Below, piece after piece: positions 44,157-54,300 of a DNA stretch of 64,000 nt. Under the pieces are notes generated by a model. It saw only the letters and a program-made list of their open reading frames with translations. It was not told the DNA's origin and did no database searches. Origin of the DNA: Patescibacteria group bacterium (lineage in GTDB: Bacteria > Patescibacteriota > Patescibacteriia > SG8-24 > DYFX01); the NCBI GenBank assembly GCA_038062835.1, contig JBBTWH010000003.1:2666-66665 (forward strand), read 5' to 3'. Numbering within the stretch: the stretch's first letter is position 1; every line of letters begins with the position of its first letter. Both the position numbers and the translations under genes were made by a program.

Positions 44157-45809
44157 CTAGGTACCCGTGGGCAACAGGTTCTTGTCGTGGTCGATGGTCG
44201 GGACGCGGCTGCGCTCGGCTTCCGGCTCGTAATCGAAGACGGACTGGATGGCCGGTCCGACGCGGTAGTTGATGAAGAACGCCTCCGAAATGTCGTCGAT
44301 CTTGGTGTTCCATTCCGGGCCGTAGAGGCCCTCCGCGACCGCTTCAGACGTCACGTGCCGCAGGAGTCCGTTACGGCTCACGGCGTAGATCTTAGGATCG
44401 GTCTGGATCTTCAGCATCCTGTAGCCCGGACGGTACGTGACGTTGCCTCCGAGCTGATAGCGCGCCATCTCGTCGCGGCCGATGACGCGGACGGTCGGGG
44501 TGACGGGGAACCACGAACGGAACGTCTTCTCGTTCGGGAAGACGTAGCGGCGTCCGTCACCCGCCAGATAATAGACGGCGGAAGAAGCGGCGGTCTTGAT
44601 CAGACGTCCGCGCCACGATGGGGACTCGGGGAGCGGCGCGGGCGGATGTCCGCCGCCCAAGAGCGCGGCCTGGACGGCCTTGACGGCCGCGGCCGCATCG
44701 ACTTGTCCGGCGCCGAGATGCCCCGCGTACGGGCCGTTCAGCTGGTTCACGTCCTTGGAGGTCGCGCGCAGGACGTCGCGCAGGGCGTCGGCGTCGAGAG
44801 TCGGATCCATCGACGCGACGAGCGCGGCCACGCCGGAGACGACCGGCGCCGAGAGCGACGAGCCGAACCAGGAATCGCCGTAGGCCTGGTCGAAGCCGGA
44901 GATGGCGGGGCGATATGCCTGGGTCGTGAAGAAGCTCTCGCCAGGGGCGGAGATGCCGACGCAATCGGAACCGTAGCTGGAGAAGCTCGACTTCGCGCCG
45001 TTGCGGTCGAGCGAGGCGACGCCGAGGACGAGCCGCTCGCCGTTCGGTCCGCGATAGCAGGCGGGATACGACGGATAGATGTTGAGATCGCCTCCCTTGT
45101 CGGTGTCGCCTTCGTTGCCCGCGGCTGCGACGACGAGTATGCCGGCGTCGTGCGCCGCGCGCAGCGCGTCGGCGAGGGTCTGGCTGTAGTTCTGTCCGGT
45201 GAAGCTGACGTTGATGACTTTGGCCTTGGCCGCGACGGCGTAGCGGATGGCGCGCACGACTCCGAGCGTGTTGCCTGATCCGTCGGCATCGAGGACGCGC
45301 AGCGGCATGATGCCGACGTTCCAGTTGATGCCGACGATGCCTTCGGCGTTCCCGCCGGCGGCACCGATGATGCCCGCGACGAGCGTGCCGTGGTTCGCGC
45401 CGTCTTTGGCGCTGCCGGCACCGATTTCCGGATTCGGATCTGAATCGCCGTCGACGAAATCCCAGCCCCGCGCATCGTCGACGTAGCCGTTGCGGTCGTC
45501 GTCGATGCCGTTGCCGGCTATCTCGCCCGGATTCCTCCAGATGCGGTCGCGCAGGTCCGGGTGCATGAGGTCCACGCCTGAATCGAGCACGGCCACCGTG
45601 ACCGTCGGCGAGCCCTTGGCGAAATCCCAGGCTTCGGGAAGCCTGACGGCGTTCAGGTACCACTGCTCGCCGAAAAGCGGATCGTCAGGCACGGCGGCCA
45701 GGACAGGCTGGATGATGAAAGCGAAAAACAGGGCCGTCGTCGCGGCATATCGCGCAAAAACCTCGTAAATACGGCATTTTCCCATGCTTTTTTGTCCTGA
45801 GATTGCCAT
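44157..45809 (-). CDS. Subtilisin-like (S8) serine protease with C-terminal roughly 140-aa module shared with the giant surface proteins
   Basis: Catalytic D (VAVLDSGVD), H (HGTLVAGIIGA), S (GSSLSAPVVSGVAAL); signal peptide; C-term AVYYLAGDGRRYVFPN...GGNVTYRPGYRMLKIQTDPKIYAVSRNGLLRHVTSE; alternative start MGKCRIY at about 45785. Confidence 0.85.
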   Translation of the reverse strand: MAISGQKSMGKCRIYEVFARYAATTALFFAFIIQPVLAAVPDDPLFGEQWYLNAVRLPEAWDFAKGSPTVTVAVLDSGVDLMHPDLRDRIWRNPGEIAGNGIDDDRNGYVDDARGWDFVDGDSDPNPEIGAGSAKDGANHGTLVAGIIGAAGGNAEGIVGINWNVGIMPLRVLDADGSGNTLGVVRAIRYAVAAKAKVINVSFTGQNYSQTLADALRAAHDAGILVVAAAGNEGDTDKGGDLNIYPSYPACYRGPNGERLVLGVASLDRNGAKSSFSSYGSDCVGISAPGESFFTTQAYRPAISGFDQAYGDSWFGSSLSAPVVSGVAALVASMDPTLDADALRDVLRATSKDVNQLNGPYAGHLGAGQVDAAAAVKAVQAALLGGGHPPAPLPESPSWRGRLIKTAASSAVYYLAGDGRRYVFPNEKTFRSWFPVTPTVRVIGRDEMARYQLGGNVTYRPGYRMLKIQTDPKIYAVSRNGLLRHVTSEAVAEGLYGPEWNTKIDDISEAFFINYRVGPAIQSVFDYEPEAERSRVPTIDHDKNLLPTGT

Positions 45810-45844
45810 CAGTGTAGCCGAAGGCGATGCGCTTCACAAGCGTC

Positions 45845-48529
45845 TTACGACGTCGTCAATATCGGTGAAACGACGGGTAATCCCGTGATTTCGTCGCCGG
45901 TCCGAGGCACGTAGTAGCCGTCCGGCACGTCGCCCCAGACGAAATCCGCGCCGCCAAGCAGGCGGACCTCCAGCGTGACGCCGCTCATGACGGCGAAATC
46001 GTCGGTCTTGAGAGAAAGGGAGAATTCCGAAGTCGTGCCGGCGGCGAGGAGCGGCTCCGCATCGGTCGCGAATTCGAATTCCAGGACGCCCTCGTCTCCA
46101 TAGGCCGAAGCGAGACCCTGCGGCGTCATGTCGGCGACGCCGCCGCGTACGATGCCGTAGCGGATGGAACCCCAGACGTCCTCTCCGACGATCTCGGATC
46201 CGGACGCCAGGAAGCGGCGGAGCTCGACGATGCCGTTATCGTCGGCCGCGTCGCCGTCGACGTCGGCCCAGCGCTCCAGCGCGTCGTTGTCCGCACCATC
46301 GAAAGCGGCATCGCTCGGCTTGAGGCGAAACGTCATCTTCTTGACTCGCGACGCGCCTTCAGGAGCGGACGTCAGGCTGAAGCGCATGACCTCGACGGTG
46401 CGTCCGCGCGCGACGGTTCCGGTCGGCGTCGCGGACGCGCGGCTCGCCGTCATTTCAGTCAGGCGCACGGACAAGTCCGATGCCGCGGACGTCCGCGTGA
46501 ACGTCGCGGCGCCGAAATCGCCTTCTCCGAACGTCCTGCCTTCCGCTTCCGACGAGAACACCGTCGGACGGTCCCCGGGGAAGGCGATCTGCAAGCGCTC
46601 GCCCGAGACGGAACGGCCAGTCGCGGCGGAAACCTGACCGTATACGGCCACGGTGACGGAGCCGCCGCGAGGGACGCGGAGAGAGAGTCCGCTGAAGGTA
46701 GCGTCGTTGCCCGAAAAAACCGATGCCGCCGTGCGCACGGCGCCGTCGGCGTCCTGATAGCTCACGCGCAGCGAAGCGAGCGAGACGTGCGCCGCGCCGA
46801 CCGATGTGAAGGTCAGCATCGGGACGTCGAAGGCGTCGTGCGTCGCGGAGATATCGAGCGTGCCGATTCGCGCCTCGCGCCCCGCCACGACGGCGCCGGA
46901 GGCCCCGGTCCACTCGAAATCCAGCCCTCCGTGCTTGCGCACCGTCAGCGCGTATCTCGGCGACGTTCCGCCGTTAGGCTCGGCACCGGCGGCTTCGAGC
47001 CTGACGCCGAGCGCGTCGAATACGGCCACGTCGCGGGCGACGTCGCCGATGTCGAAGGAAAGGCGGTCGTCATGGTCCTCTATCGGCGCTTCGCGGCGCA
47101 AGTCGCCTCGGAGGACGTAGGTCGCGCTCGTGCCTGCCGGCAGGGCGAGGTCGAGGCCGCTGAAGACGGGGCGGCCATCGAACGGCATCGGCACCGGGCC
47201 GGCGACGGTGCGTCCATCTCCGTCGACGAGGCGGAGGGAGGAAACGACGTCGGAGACGCGCGTCTCCGTGCCGTTATCCGCGTCGGCGCCCGCTCGGAAC
47301 CCTGCGACGCCTTCTTGCTCGTCAAGATAGCTTTGAAACGAGACGCTCCTGACTCGCGCGACGGCGGCGGAACCCGCGCGGAAGACGAACGACGCGAGCG
47401 CGACGTCAGCCGAGCCTCGCACCCGGACGTCTTCCTCCGGCACTGGCGCGGCGGAAACCTCGAAGGTCATCTTGCCGACGGACGCCGTCGGCGCGACCAA
47501 GTCGAGCTTCGGCAGGAACGCGAGCGATGAACCGGAGGCGTCTTCGATCACGACGCGGGCGACGGGTATGCTGGCGCGATATTCCTCGCCGGAAGGAAGT
47601 TCGGGATCGAACTTCGCGACGAGCCGCAATTTCACGTCGGAACCGGCCGGAACGTCCCACGCCCCTCCGAATTCGAGCGTCTGCCGCTGGTCGAGCGCTG
47701 AGTCAAGCTCGGGGGAAATCATGCCGAAGACGTCCCTGCCGCCGGCGTCGACCCAGCGTACGTCCTTCAGGTTGAGCCGCGCGTTCACTCCACGCACTAG
47801 GCCGCCTTGATCGGAATCGGCGCCTTGGCCTGAGGCCGGCGCCCCCAGCACGGCGTCGAGGATGACGGGCAGCTGTCGGACGCGCGCCGAGGTCGCGGTG
47901 CGCAAACGGAGCTCCATCAGCGTCCCCTCCTGTCCGGCGGACGGCGAAGCGGCGGCCGCGTAAGCGCTGAAGGTCGGCGTGGCAGGGAGCGCCCCGAGCG
48001 GGACATCCTCCATATCCTTGTCCACTCCGATCGTCGGCACGGCGACGCGTTCGGCGCCGGTGTCGTACTGGGAACACAGCGTGATAGGCGCGCCGAGATC
48101 GTAGTCGACGAAAAACGCGTCCGGCACGTCGTCGATCTGGACGTTCCAGTTCGCGCCGAACAGGCAGGCGGCGACGGCTTCGGATCCGACGTGCCGAAGC
48201 ACGCCGCCCTTCGACACGGCGTAGACTTTCGGGTCGGTCCGTATCTTCACCATCCGCGTCCCGGGACGATACGTGACGTTACCGCCGAGCGCGAGCTCGG
48301 CAAGTTCCTCCGGTGATACCGTCTTCACCGTCGCGAAATCTTCGTACCACGAGAAGTACGAGGCAGCGTTCGAAAAGACGTAGCGCTTCCCGTCCGCGCC
48401 GACGTAATAGACGGCAGGGTTTTGGGGCGACTTCACCAAATCACCCGCCGAGGCCGCGAGGAGCGGCGACGGCGACAGGAAGGCGAGGAGCGCGGCGATG
48501 GCGAGTCGGATCCTCATGGTTTCGTTCAT
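45845..48529 (-). CDS. Giant secreted surface protein, paralog 1 (894 aa)
   Basis: Signal peptide; N-terminal shared module (AVYYVGADGKRYVFSN...GGNVTYRPGTRMVKIRTDPKVYAVSKGGVLRHVGSE); beta-rich Ig-like body; DGADNDALERWADVDGD motif; ATGA overlap with paralog 2. Confidence 0.7.
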   Translation of the reverse strand: MNETMRIRLAIAALLAFLSPSPLLAASAGDLVKSPQNPAVYYVGADGKRYVFSNAASYFSWYEDFATVKTVSPEELAELALGGNVTYRPGTRMVKIRTDPKVYAVSKGGVLRHVGSEAVAACLFGANWNVQIDDVPDAFFVDYDLGAPITLCSQYDTGAERVAVPTIGVDKDMEDVPLGALPATPTFSAYAAAASPSAGQEGTLMELRLRTATSARVRQLPVILDAVLGAPASGQGADSDQGGLVRGVNARLNLKDVRWVDAGGRDVFGMISPELDSALDQRQTLEFGGAWDVPAGSDVKLRLVAKFDPELPSGEEYRASIPVARVVIEDASGSSLAFLPKLDLVAPTASVGKMTFEVSAAPVPEEDVRVRGSADVALASFVFRAGSAAVARVRSVSFQSYLDEQEGVAGFRAGADADNGTETRVSDVVSSLRLVDGDGRTVAGPVPMPFDGRPVFSGLDLALPAGTSATYVLRGDLRREAPIEDHDDRLSFDIGDVARDVAVFDALGVRLEAAGAEPNGGTSPRYALTVRKHGGLDFEWTGASGAVVAGREARIGTLDISATHDAFDVPMLTFTSVGAAHVSLASLRVSYQDADGAVRTAASVFSGNDATFSGLSLRVPRGGSVTVAVYGQVSAATGRSVSGERLQIAFPGDRPTVFSSEAEGRTFGEGDFGAATFTRTSAASDLSVRLTEMTASRASATPTGTVARGRTVEVMRFSLTSAPEGASRVKKMTFRLKPSDAAFDGADNDALERWADVDGDAADDNGIVELRRFLASGSEIVGEDVWGSIRYGIVRGGVADMTPQGLASAYGDEGVLEFEFATDAEPLLAAGTTSEFSLSLKTDDFAVMSGVTLEVRLLGGADFVWGDVPDGYYVPRTGDEITGLPVVSPILTTS

Positions 48530-51180
48530 TGGATGATCATGCCCGGGGCGACGACAGGGAGCCCTCTCACTTCGCGGCCGTCCAGCGGCGCGGCGTTGCC
48601 GGAGTCCGAGTCCATCCAGAGGAACTCCTCGGCGCCGAACAGCTCGACCCCGAGGCTCCTCTGTCCGACAGGGAAGGCGCTCGTCCTCAGGCCGAGCGCG
48701 AAAGTCGCCGTCTCGCCGGCCTCGATCGCGAGCTCGGAACCCGAGGCGAAATCGATCTCGACGTAGCCGGCGTCGACCGTCGCGCTGTCGCGTCCTTGCG
48801 GCGTGGAGTCCTTGCCGCTCTGCGTGTACATGCCGTAGCGGATCGACGCGTCGCTCCCCTCTCCGATGACTTCAGCGCCGGAAACGGAAATCTTGCGCAG
48901 GTCGATGACGTCGTTGTCGTCGATGACGTCGCCGTCGATGTCGGCCCAGCGTTCGAGCGCATCGTTGTCCGCGCCATCCGTTCCCGCGTCGCCGGCCTTG
49001 ATGCGGAAGACCATTCGCTTCACGCGCGCGCGGCCTTCCGGTCCGGCCGTCAGCGTGAAGCGCAGGACTTCCTCGGACGCGCCGCGCGCGATGGGGCCGC
49101 TAGGCGTCGCGTAGGCCCGCGAAGCCGAAAGTTCCGTCAGCCGGAGCTGCAGGTCGGCCGCGACGTTCGAGGTCACGGCGAAACCATGGCCCGCAGCGAG
49201 ATCCGTCCCGCTGAAATCGCGGCCCTCCGTCACCGAGGCGAATCCGAAGTTCCGGTCCGCGGCGAACCGGAACCGGAGGCGCGCGCCGGATACGCTCGCA
49301 TACGATTCGACGACGTCAGCCTGGAAAGAGATGTAGGCCTTCTTGTCTTTTGGGACGTGGATGGCGAGGCCCTTGAAGAAGGCGTCGCCGCCGACGAACT
49401 CTCCCGTCACCGAGACGTTCGCGCCCTTGGCGTCGATATAGAACAGCCGGAGGGCACCGATCGGCGCGCGGTCCACGCCGGTGAACGGGAAGGTGAGGCT
49501 CGTGATGGTGAAATCGTCGTACGACGCCGCGGCGACGATGTTGCCGAGCTCGACCGGGCGGCCGACGACGGCCTTGGCGGAACTGCCGGCGAAATCGAGC
49601 GCCAGCGTACCGTGCTGGCGGACCGTCAGCGCGTACACGGGACGCGTGCCGCCGTTCGGGGCGGTCCCGTACGCCTCGACCGCGTCGCCGGAGGCGTCGA
49701 CGATGACGACGTCCTTCGCCGCGTCGACGACGTCGAAGGCGACGATGTCGGGGCGCGCCTCAATCTGGGCGTCGCGATCCAAGTCCCCGCGCAGGGCGTA
49801 GACGCCGGCCGAACCGGCGGGCAGGACGAGTGCGAGGCCCTCGAATCGCACGCGGCCGTCGTACGGCACCTCGACGGGCCCCGCGACGCGCGCGCCGGAC
49901 TGGTCATGCAAGCTGACGGCGCCGACGATATCGCGGACGCGCGTCTCGGTCCCGTTGTCCGCGTCGCCGCCCGCGAGGTAGCCGGCGCCGCCTTCCTGCT
50001 CGTCGAGATATCCCTGGAAAGCGATGGCGCGCAGCGTCTGCGTCAAAGCGGCGGCGTTGAACGTGAAAGCCGCGAGTTCGACGCTCTGGGCGCCGCGCAC
50101 CTGCGTCTTCGGACCATGGAACTCCGCAGCGGCGATCTCGAGCGCGTCCTTGCGCACCTGGACGATCCCGCCCGCGAGATCCGTCTTGGGAAGGAACGCG
50201 GCCGGACGTCCGTCCGCGCCGAAGACTTCCGCTCGCGAAGTCACGGCGATGGCGCGATACGGTTCGGCGATCGGCGTCTCCTCATCGAACGTCGCCGTCA
50301 GCCGAAGACGGGTCTCCCCTGCCGGAACCCTCAATCCGCCCGCGAATTCGAGGACGTACTCCTGATCGTCGGACGTGGACAAGGAGACGTCGAGCGTGCC
50401 GAAGACGGACGCGCCGCCGGCGTCGACGAAGCGTATCCTCGTGAGATTCGCACGGACGGAATCTCCGCGGACGAGGCCGCCCAAATCACGATCCGCGATG
50501 CCGGACAAGGCGGTCAACTTCACGGGCAGGCGCCGGATCTCGAGCGGAACCGACGTCGCGAGCAGGAGTTCCATCAGCGCGGCCTCCTTGCCGGCCGTGG
50601 CGATCGTGCTGACGGGCGCGAGGCTGAACGTCGGCGTCGAAGGCAGGACCGCCGGCGCCGCGCCCAGACGCCTGTCCTCGGAGATGGTCGGCGCCGAGGC
50701 TTTCTCGGCCGACGGGTCGAATCCGTCGCAGGCGATGATCGGATCGCCGAGGCGATAATTCGTGAAGGACTCGACTGGAACATCCTCGACAGCTCCGCGC
50801 CACGCCGAACCGTACAGGCAATCCGCGATGCCTTCCGAAGCGACGTGCCGCAAGACGCCGCCGCGCGCGACCGCGTAGGTCTTCGGGTCGGTGTCGATCT
50901 TGACCAAGCGCGTGCCGGGGCGATAGGTGACGTTCCCGCCGATGCGGCGCGACGACATCTCCGATGCCGAAATCGTCCTCACCGTGCCGAAGCCTTCGTA
51001 CCAGCTGAAGAAGACCGAGGTGCCGGTGAAGACGTAGCGCATGCCGTCGGTGCCGAGATAATAGACGGCGGGATCGGACGATGTCCTGATGAGATCCCCG
51101 GCGGAAGCGACCGAAAAAGGCTTGGGCGCGAAAAACCCGATGACGGCGAGAGCACAGACGATGAATAGCCACCGGCGCAT
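48526..51180 (-). CDS. Giant secreted surface protein, paralog 2 (about 884 aa from ATG MRRWLFIV)
   Basis: Same architecture as paralog 1; table start is a TTG; the ATG at 51180 lies 8 nt after a TGCTATACT extended -10. Confidence 0.7.
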   Translation of the reverse strand: MRRWLFIVCALAVIGFFAPKPFSVASAGDLIRTSSDPAVYYLGTDGMRYVFTGTSVFFSWYEGFGTVRTISASEMSSRRIGGNVTYRPGTRLVKIDTDPKTYAVARGGVLRHVASEGIADCLYGSAWRGAVEDVPVESFTNYRLGDPIIACDGFDPSAEKASAPTISEDRRLGAAPAVLPSTPTFSLAPVSTIATAGKEAALMELLLATSVPLEIRRLPVKLTALSGIADRDLGGLVRGDSVRANLTRIRFVDAGGASVFGTLDVSLSTSDDQEYVLEFAGGLRVPAGETRLRLTATFDEETPIAEPYRAIAVTSRAEVFGADGRPAAFLPKTDLAGGIVQVRKDALEIAAAEFHGPKTQVRGAQSVELAAFTFNAAALTQTLRAIAFQGYLDEQEGGAGYLAGGDADNGTETRVRDIVGAVSLHDQSGARVAGPVEVPYDGRVRFEGLALVLPAGSAGVYALRGDLDRDAQIEARPDIVAFDVVDAAKDVVIVDASGDAVEAYGTAPNGGTRPVYALTVRQHGTLALDFAGSSAKAVVGRPVELGNIVAAASYDDFTITSLTFPFTGVDRAPIGALRLFYIDAKGANVSVTGEFVGGDAFFKGLAIHVPKDKKAYISFQADVVESYASVSGARLRFRFAADRNFGFASVTEGRDFSGTDLAAGHGFAVTSNVAADLQLRLTELSASRAYATPSGPIARGASEEVLRFTLTAGPEGRARVKRMVFRIKAGDAGTDGADNDALERWADIDGDVIDDNDVIDLRKISVSGAEVIGEGSDASIRYGMYTQSGKDSTPQGRDSATVDAGYVEIDFASGSELAIEAGETATFALGLRTSAFPVGQRSLGVELFGAEEFLWMDSDSGNAAPLDGREVRGLPVVAPGMIIQ

Positions 51181-51187
51181 ATGAATG

Positions 51188-51199
51188 AAGTATAGCAAA
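51188..51199 (-). promoter_or_regulatory. Extended -10 TTTGCTATACTT 8 nt upstream of the giant paralog 2 ATG
   Basis: Identical to the element at 39286..39297. Confidence 0.45.
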
Positions 51200-51310
51200 T
51201 CTGACTGCGGGCGGCGGCCGAAACGCTTCGTGACGAAAATGCGACACCTGTCGCAAAACGGTACACGAGGGTTTTTAGCGGGGTTTTTTGAGGATGGATG
51301 AAGGAAAGAG

Positions 51311-51338
51311 AAAACCCCCTCGTTGCGGAGGGGGTTTT
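51311..51338. terminator. Bidirectional intrinsic terminator (AAAACCCCCTCGTTGCGGAGGGGGTTTT)
   Basis: Perfect hairpin flanked by A- and T-runs; 15 nt after giant paralog 3 stop. Confidence 0.7.
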
Positions 51339-51352
51339 CGTTCTCGGGATTT

Positions 51353-54300
51353 TTACGGCATCAGGACGCTCTGGGCGTCGGTCGGGAGGACTTCGACGTA
51401 GAGGCCGTTGGTCCAGTCGTCGGACGCGGCGGCGTCGGCGGCGTCGTCCGTGGCTCCGCTGACGTCGTTATGCGGGATGGCCGAGTTGTCGGACCAGGCG
51501 AAGTTGTAGATCGCGGTCGCGGCATTGGTACCGTCGAGGTCGTCGACGCCATCGGCATCCACGGCGACGCTGGCGAGTTCGCCGGTGACGAGGTCCGTGT
51601 CGGACGCGATGTTCGTGATGAGCGAGTGGTTGGAGGCCGCGCCCGCGACCGTGAGCACGAGCTCGTAGGTCTTGGAAGCGCCAGCCGAGATGACCTGCTC
51701 ACTGGTGAAGCGGCTCTGGAACGTGCAGGCGGTGCCGCCGTTCGATGCGCAGCCGATCGACTGCGTGGTCGTGCCTGAGATATGCGCCCCCTGGCCGACC
51801 TCGCGGACGGCCGACTGGCCGCCGCCGTTCGCGATGAGCATGCCCGCGTTCGACTTGGTGACCGCCCATTGGATGGCCTTGAGCGAAACCTGCTCGGCGA
51901 CGTCCGCCGTGACCGTGATGCGCGAGAGGACCATCGTGCCGTTGGTGAGCGTGGACGTCGGGAGCGACGCCAGGCTGACGGTCGGCTTGGTCTTGCGGAG
52001 GACCTTGTTGCGACCCGTGACGTCCGTCGTGGCGATCGTGGAGACCACCGTGCTGGAGCCAGTACCGCGGTACTCGAAGGTACCGGCGGTCGGGGTCGTG
52101 AGGTCTGTCGTGATCTGGAGGTCAGCGCCCGAAGTGGCGCCGCCGGAGATCGAGTTCAGGATGGCCTTGACCGTGAGGGTCTTGGAGGCATCCTTCGGAA
52201 CCACGAAGTTGAAGCCCGAGAAGTCGGCGTTCTGGCCGGACATCGGGACCGGACCGGCGACGAGCGCGGCCCCGTCGTAGAGACTCATGCTGACGACGCT
52301 GTTCTGGACCGCGCCCACGAGCGAGATACGGATCTTGGTCTGCTTCAGTTCTTCGTTGGCGGCCGTGAGGCGGATCTTGCCGAGCACAGCGGTGGTGTTG
52401 GCGAGGACGAGGCCTGCTTCGGACTCGGTGTCGTCCGGAGCGATCTGGTACGTCATCGTGCCGGAGTTCGCGGTCGTCAGGACCACGCTCGGCGTGCCGT
52501 TGATCGGGAAGGAGGCGGCGGCGAAGGAGACGCTGTTGCCGACGGCGTCCTGGACCGTGGCGTCCGTGTTGGCGACGACCTTGAAGGCGATGCGCTCCGC
52601 GTTCGAGTTCAGGTAGGCGCCGTTCGAGAGGTCGCAATACAGCAGACCTGTCGCGCCGATGGAATCGATGTCCCAGTCCAGTCCGGCGAAGGTCATCACG
52701 CCGCCGGTGCCGGAAGTCGGACTCTTCGGCTGGCCGCGCATCGCTCCGGTCGCGGCATCGATCAGCCAGCAGGAAGTGATGACGTCGGAGACGGAGACCG
52801 TGCCGGATACGTCGACGTCCTGGCCCTGCACGTAGTCGGAGGAACCGTCAGCGTCGATGAAACCCTTGATCGTCAAAGACGACAGCTTCGTGACCGTGCC
52901 GGTCTCAGAGCCGAACGAAAGGCCTAGCGCGAGAATGGAGGTCGCGCCCTTCACGTACGACTGCGAGACGGCGAGGCTATTGAGGCCGGCGCCGAGATAC
53001 GCGGAATACATCGTCTGCGCGAAACCGGCCATATCGCCCGACGGGACGACGTCCGATGACGGCGTCAAGAAGGTAGAGTTATCGGTATTACGAAGGTCGG
53101 ACGTGCCGAACGCGAGGCGCGTAGCCGTGACCGACTCGCCGCTCGTGATGGAGGTCGAGGCGTCCGCCGTGACGGCGAACTCATAGACGACTCCCGGTTC
53201 GAGCGACTGGACGTCGGTGAACGTCAGCGTCTGGTTCAGGTCGTTGGCGCCGGCGTCGCCCGTGCCGGAGAGGTCGGACGGACCCCACCAGGCGGCGCCG
53301 GAAGTCGTATTGATGATTTTTACGTCGGTGTAGTTCGGCGTGGAGGTGTTGATGAGGCCGCTGGCGCCCGCGCCGGAGGTGCTGGCGGTGAGCTTGATCT
53401 GCATGCGGCGGACTTCCGTGCGGTTCTGGACGACCATCGTGAAGCGCAGGAGCTCGGCGTCCTTAGCGTAGGTCGCGCGGTCGGTCGGGAACGGACCCTT
53501 GAGCGCGACCGTGACCGGACCCGCTTCCACCGTCGAGTACGAGCAGTCGCCAGCCGAGCTGGTGCAGCTGTCGCCGTCGTAGGCGGTGCGGGTGACGGTG
53601 ACGCCCTGGCCGAAGGTCTGACCGACGCCGCGGACGTCCGAGGACTCTTCGGTGTAGAGCTTCAGGCTGTCAGCGGCGCGAGCGCCGCCGCCGATGTCGC
53701 CGTAGACCTGGAAGGTCTTGGTGGCGCCCTTCTCGAGCAGCATGCCCGGAGCGGAGAGGGAGAACGTCGCGCGGAGGTTGGCGTCGAAGCTAGCCGCCGT
53801 CGCGATCGTGAGACCCGCCTGCTTGAGCTTGAGGTTCGTGAGGTTGGCCGCGGAGAGGTTGCCACCCTGGAAGATGGTCAAGCGCTCGAAGCGGACGTCT
53901 TCGGAGGAGCCGGCGGCGACCGTGAACTCGGCGATCTTCGCCTCCATCTCGCCGGCCTTGGGGGCCGTGATGGTGCCGGTCTTGGCGATGGTGAGAGAAC
54001 CCACCGTCGTGCCAGCCAGGGTGAAGTTGTTGCCGGTGAACGGAGAGCCGGAGAGCTGCGTGGTTCCGGACATCGCCTTGGAGAGTTCCATGGCGTGGAC
54101 GTTGCCGGCAGCCGCGCCCGTCGCGATGTCGACGGCGACCCACAGGGTGCGGGTCTGGCCGGCGGCGAGCGAGAGGTTGAGGCCCGTGAAGGTGACCTCG
54201 TTGGTGGACGAGTTGACGGAGCGGCCCGTGGTCAGACGGGAAGAGCCCTCGTACAGGTACACCGAGGAGAGGTCGGTCGTGGCGCCGGGGCCGACGCGGC

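Noticed and set aside
48313-51168. 951-aa plus-strand ORF and 44187..45278(+), 44557..45663(-), 46787..47530(+) ORFs
   Set aside because: Shadow frames over the S8 protease and giant paralogs 1 and 2
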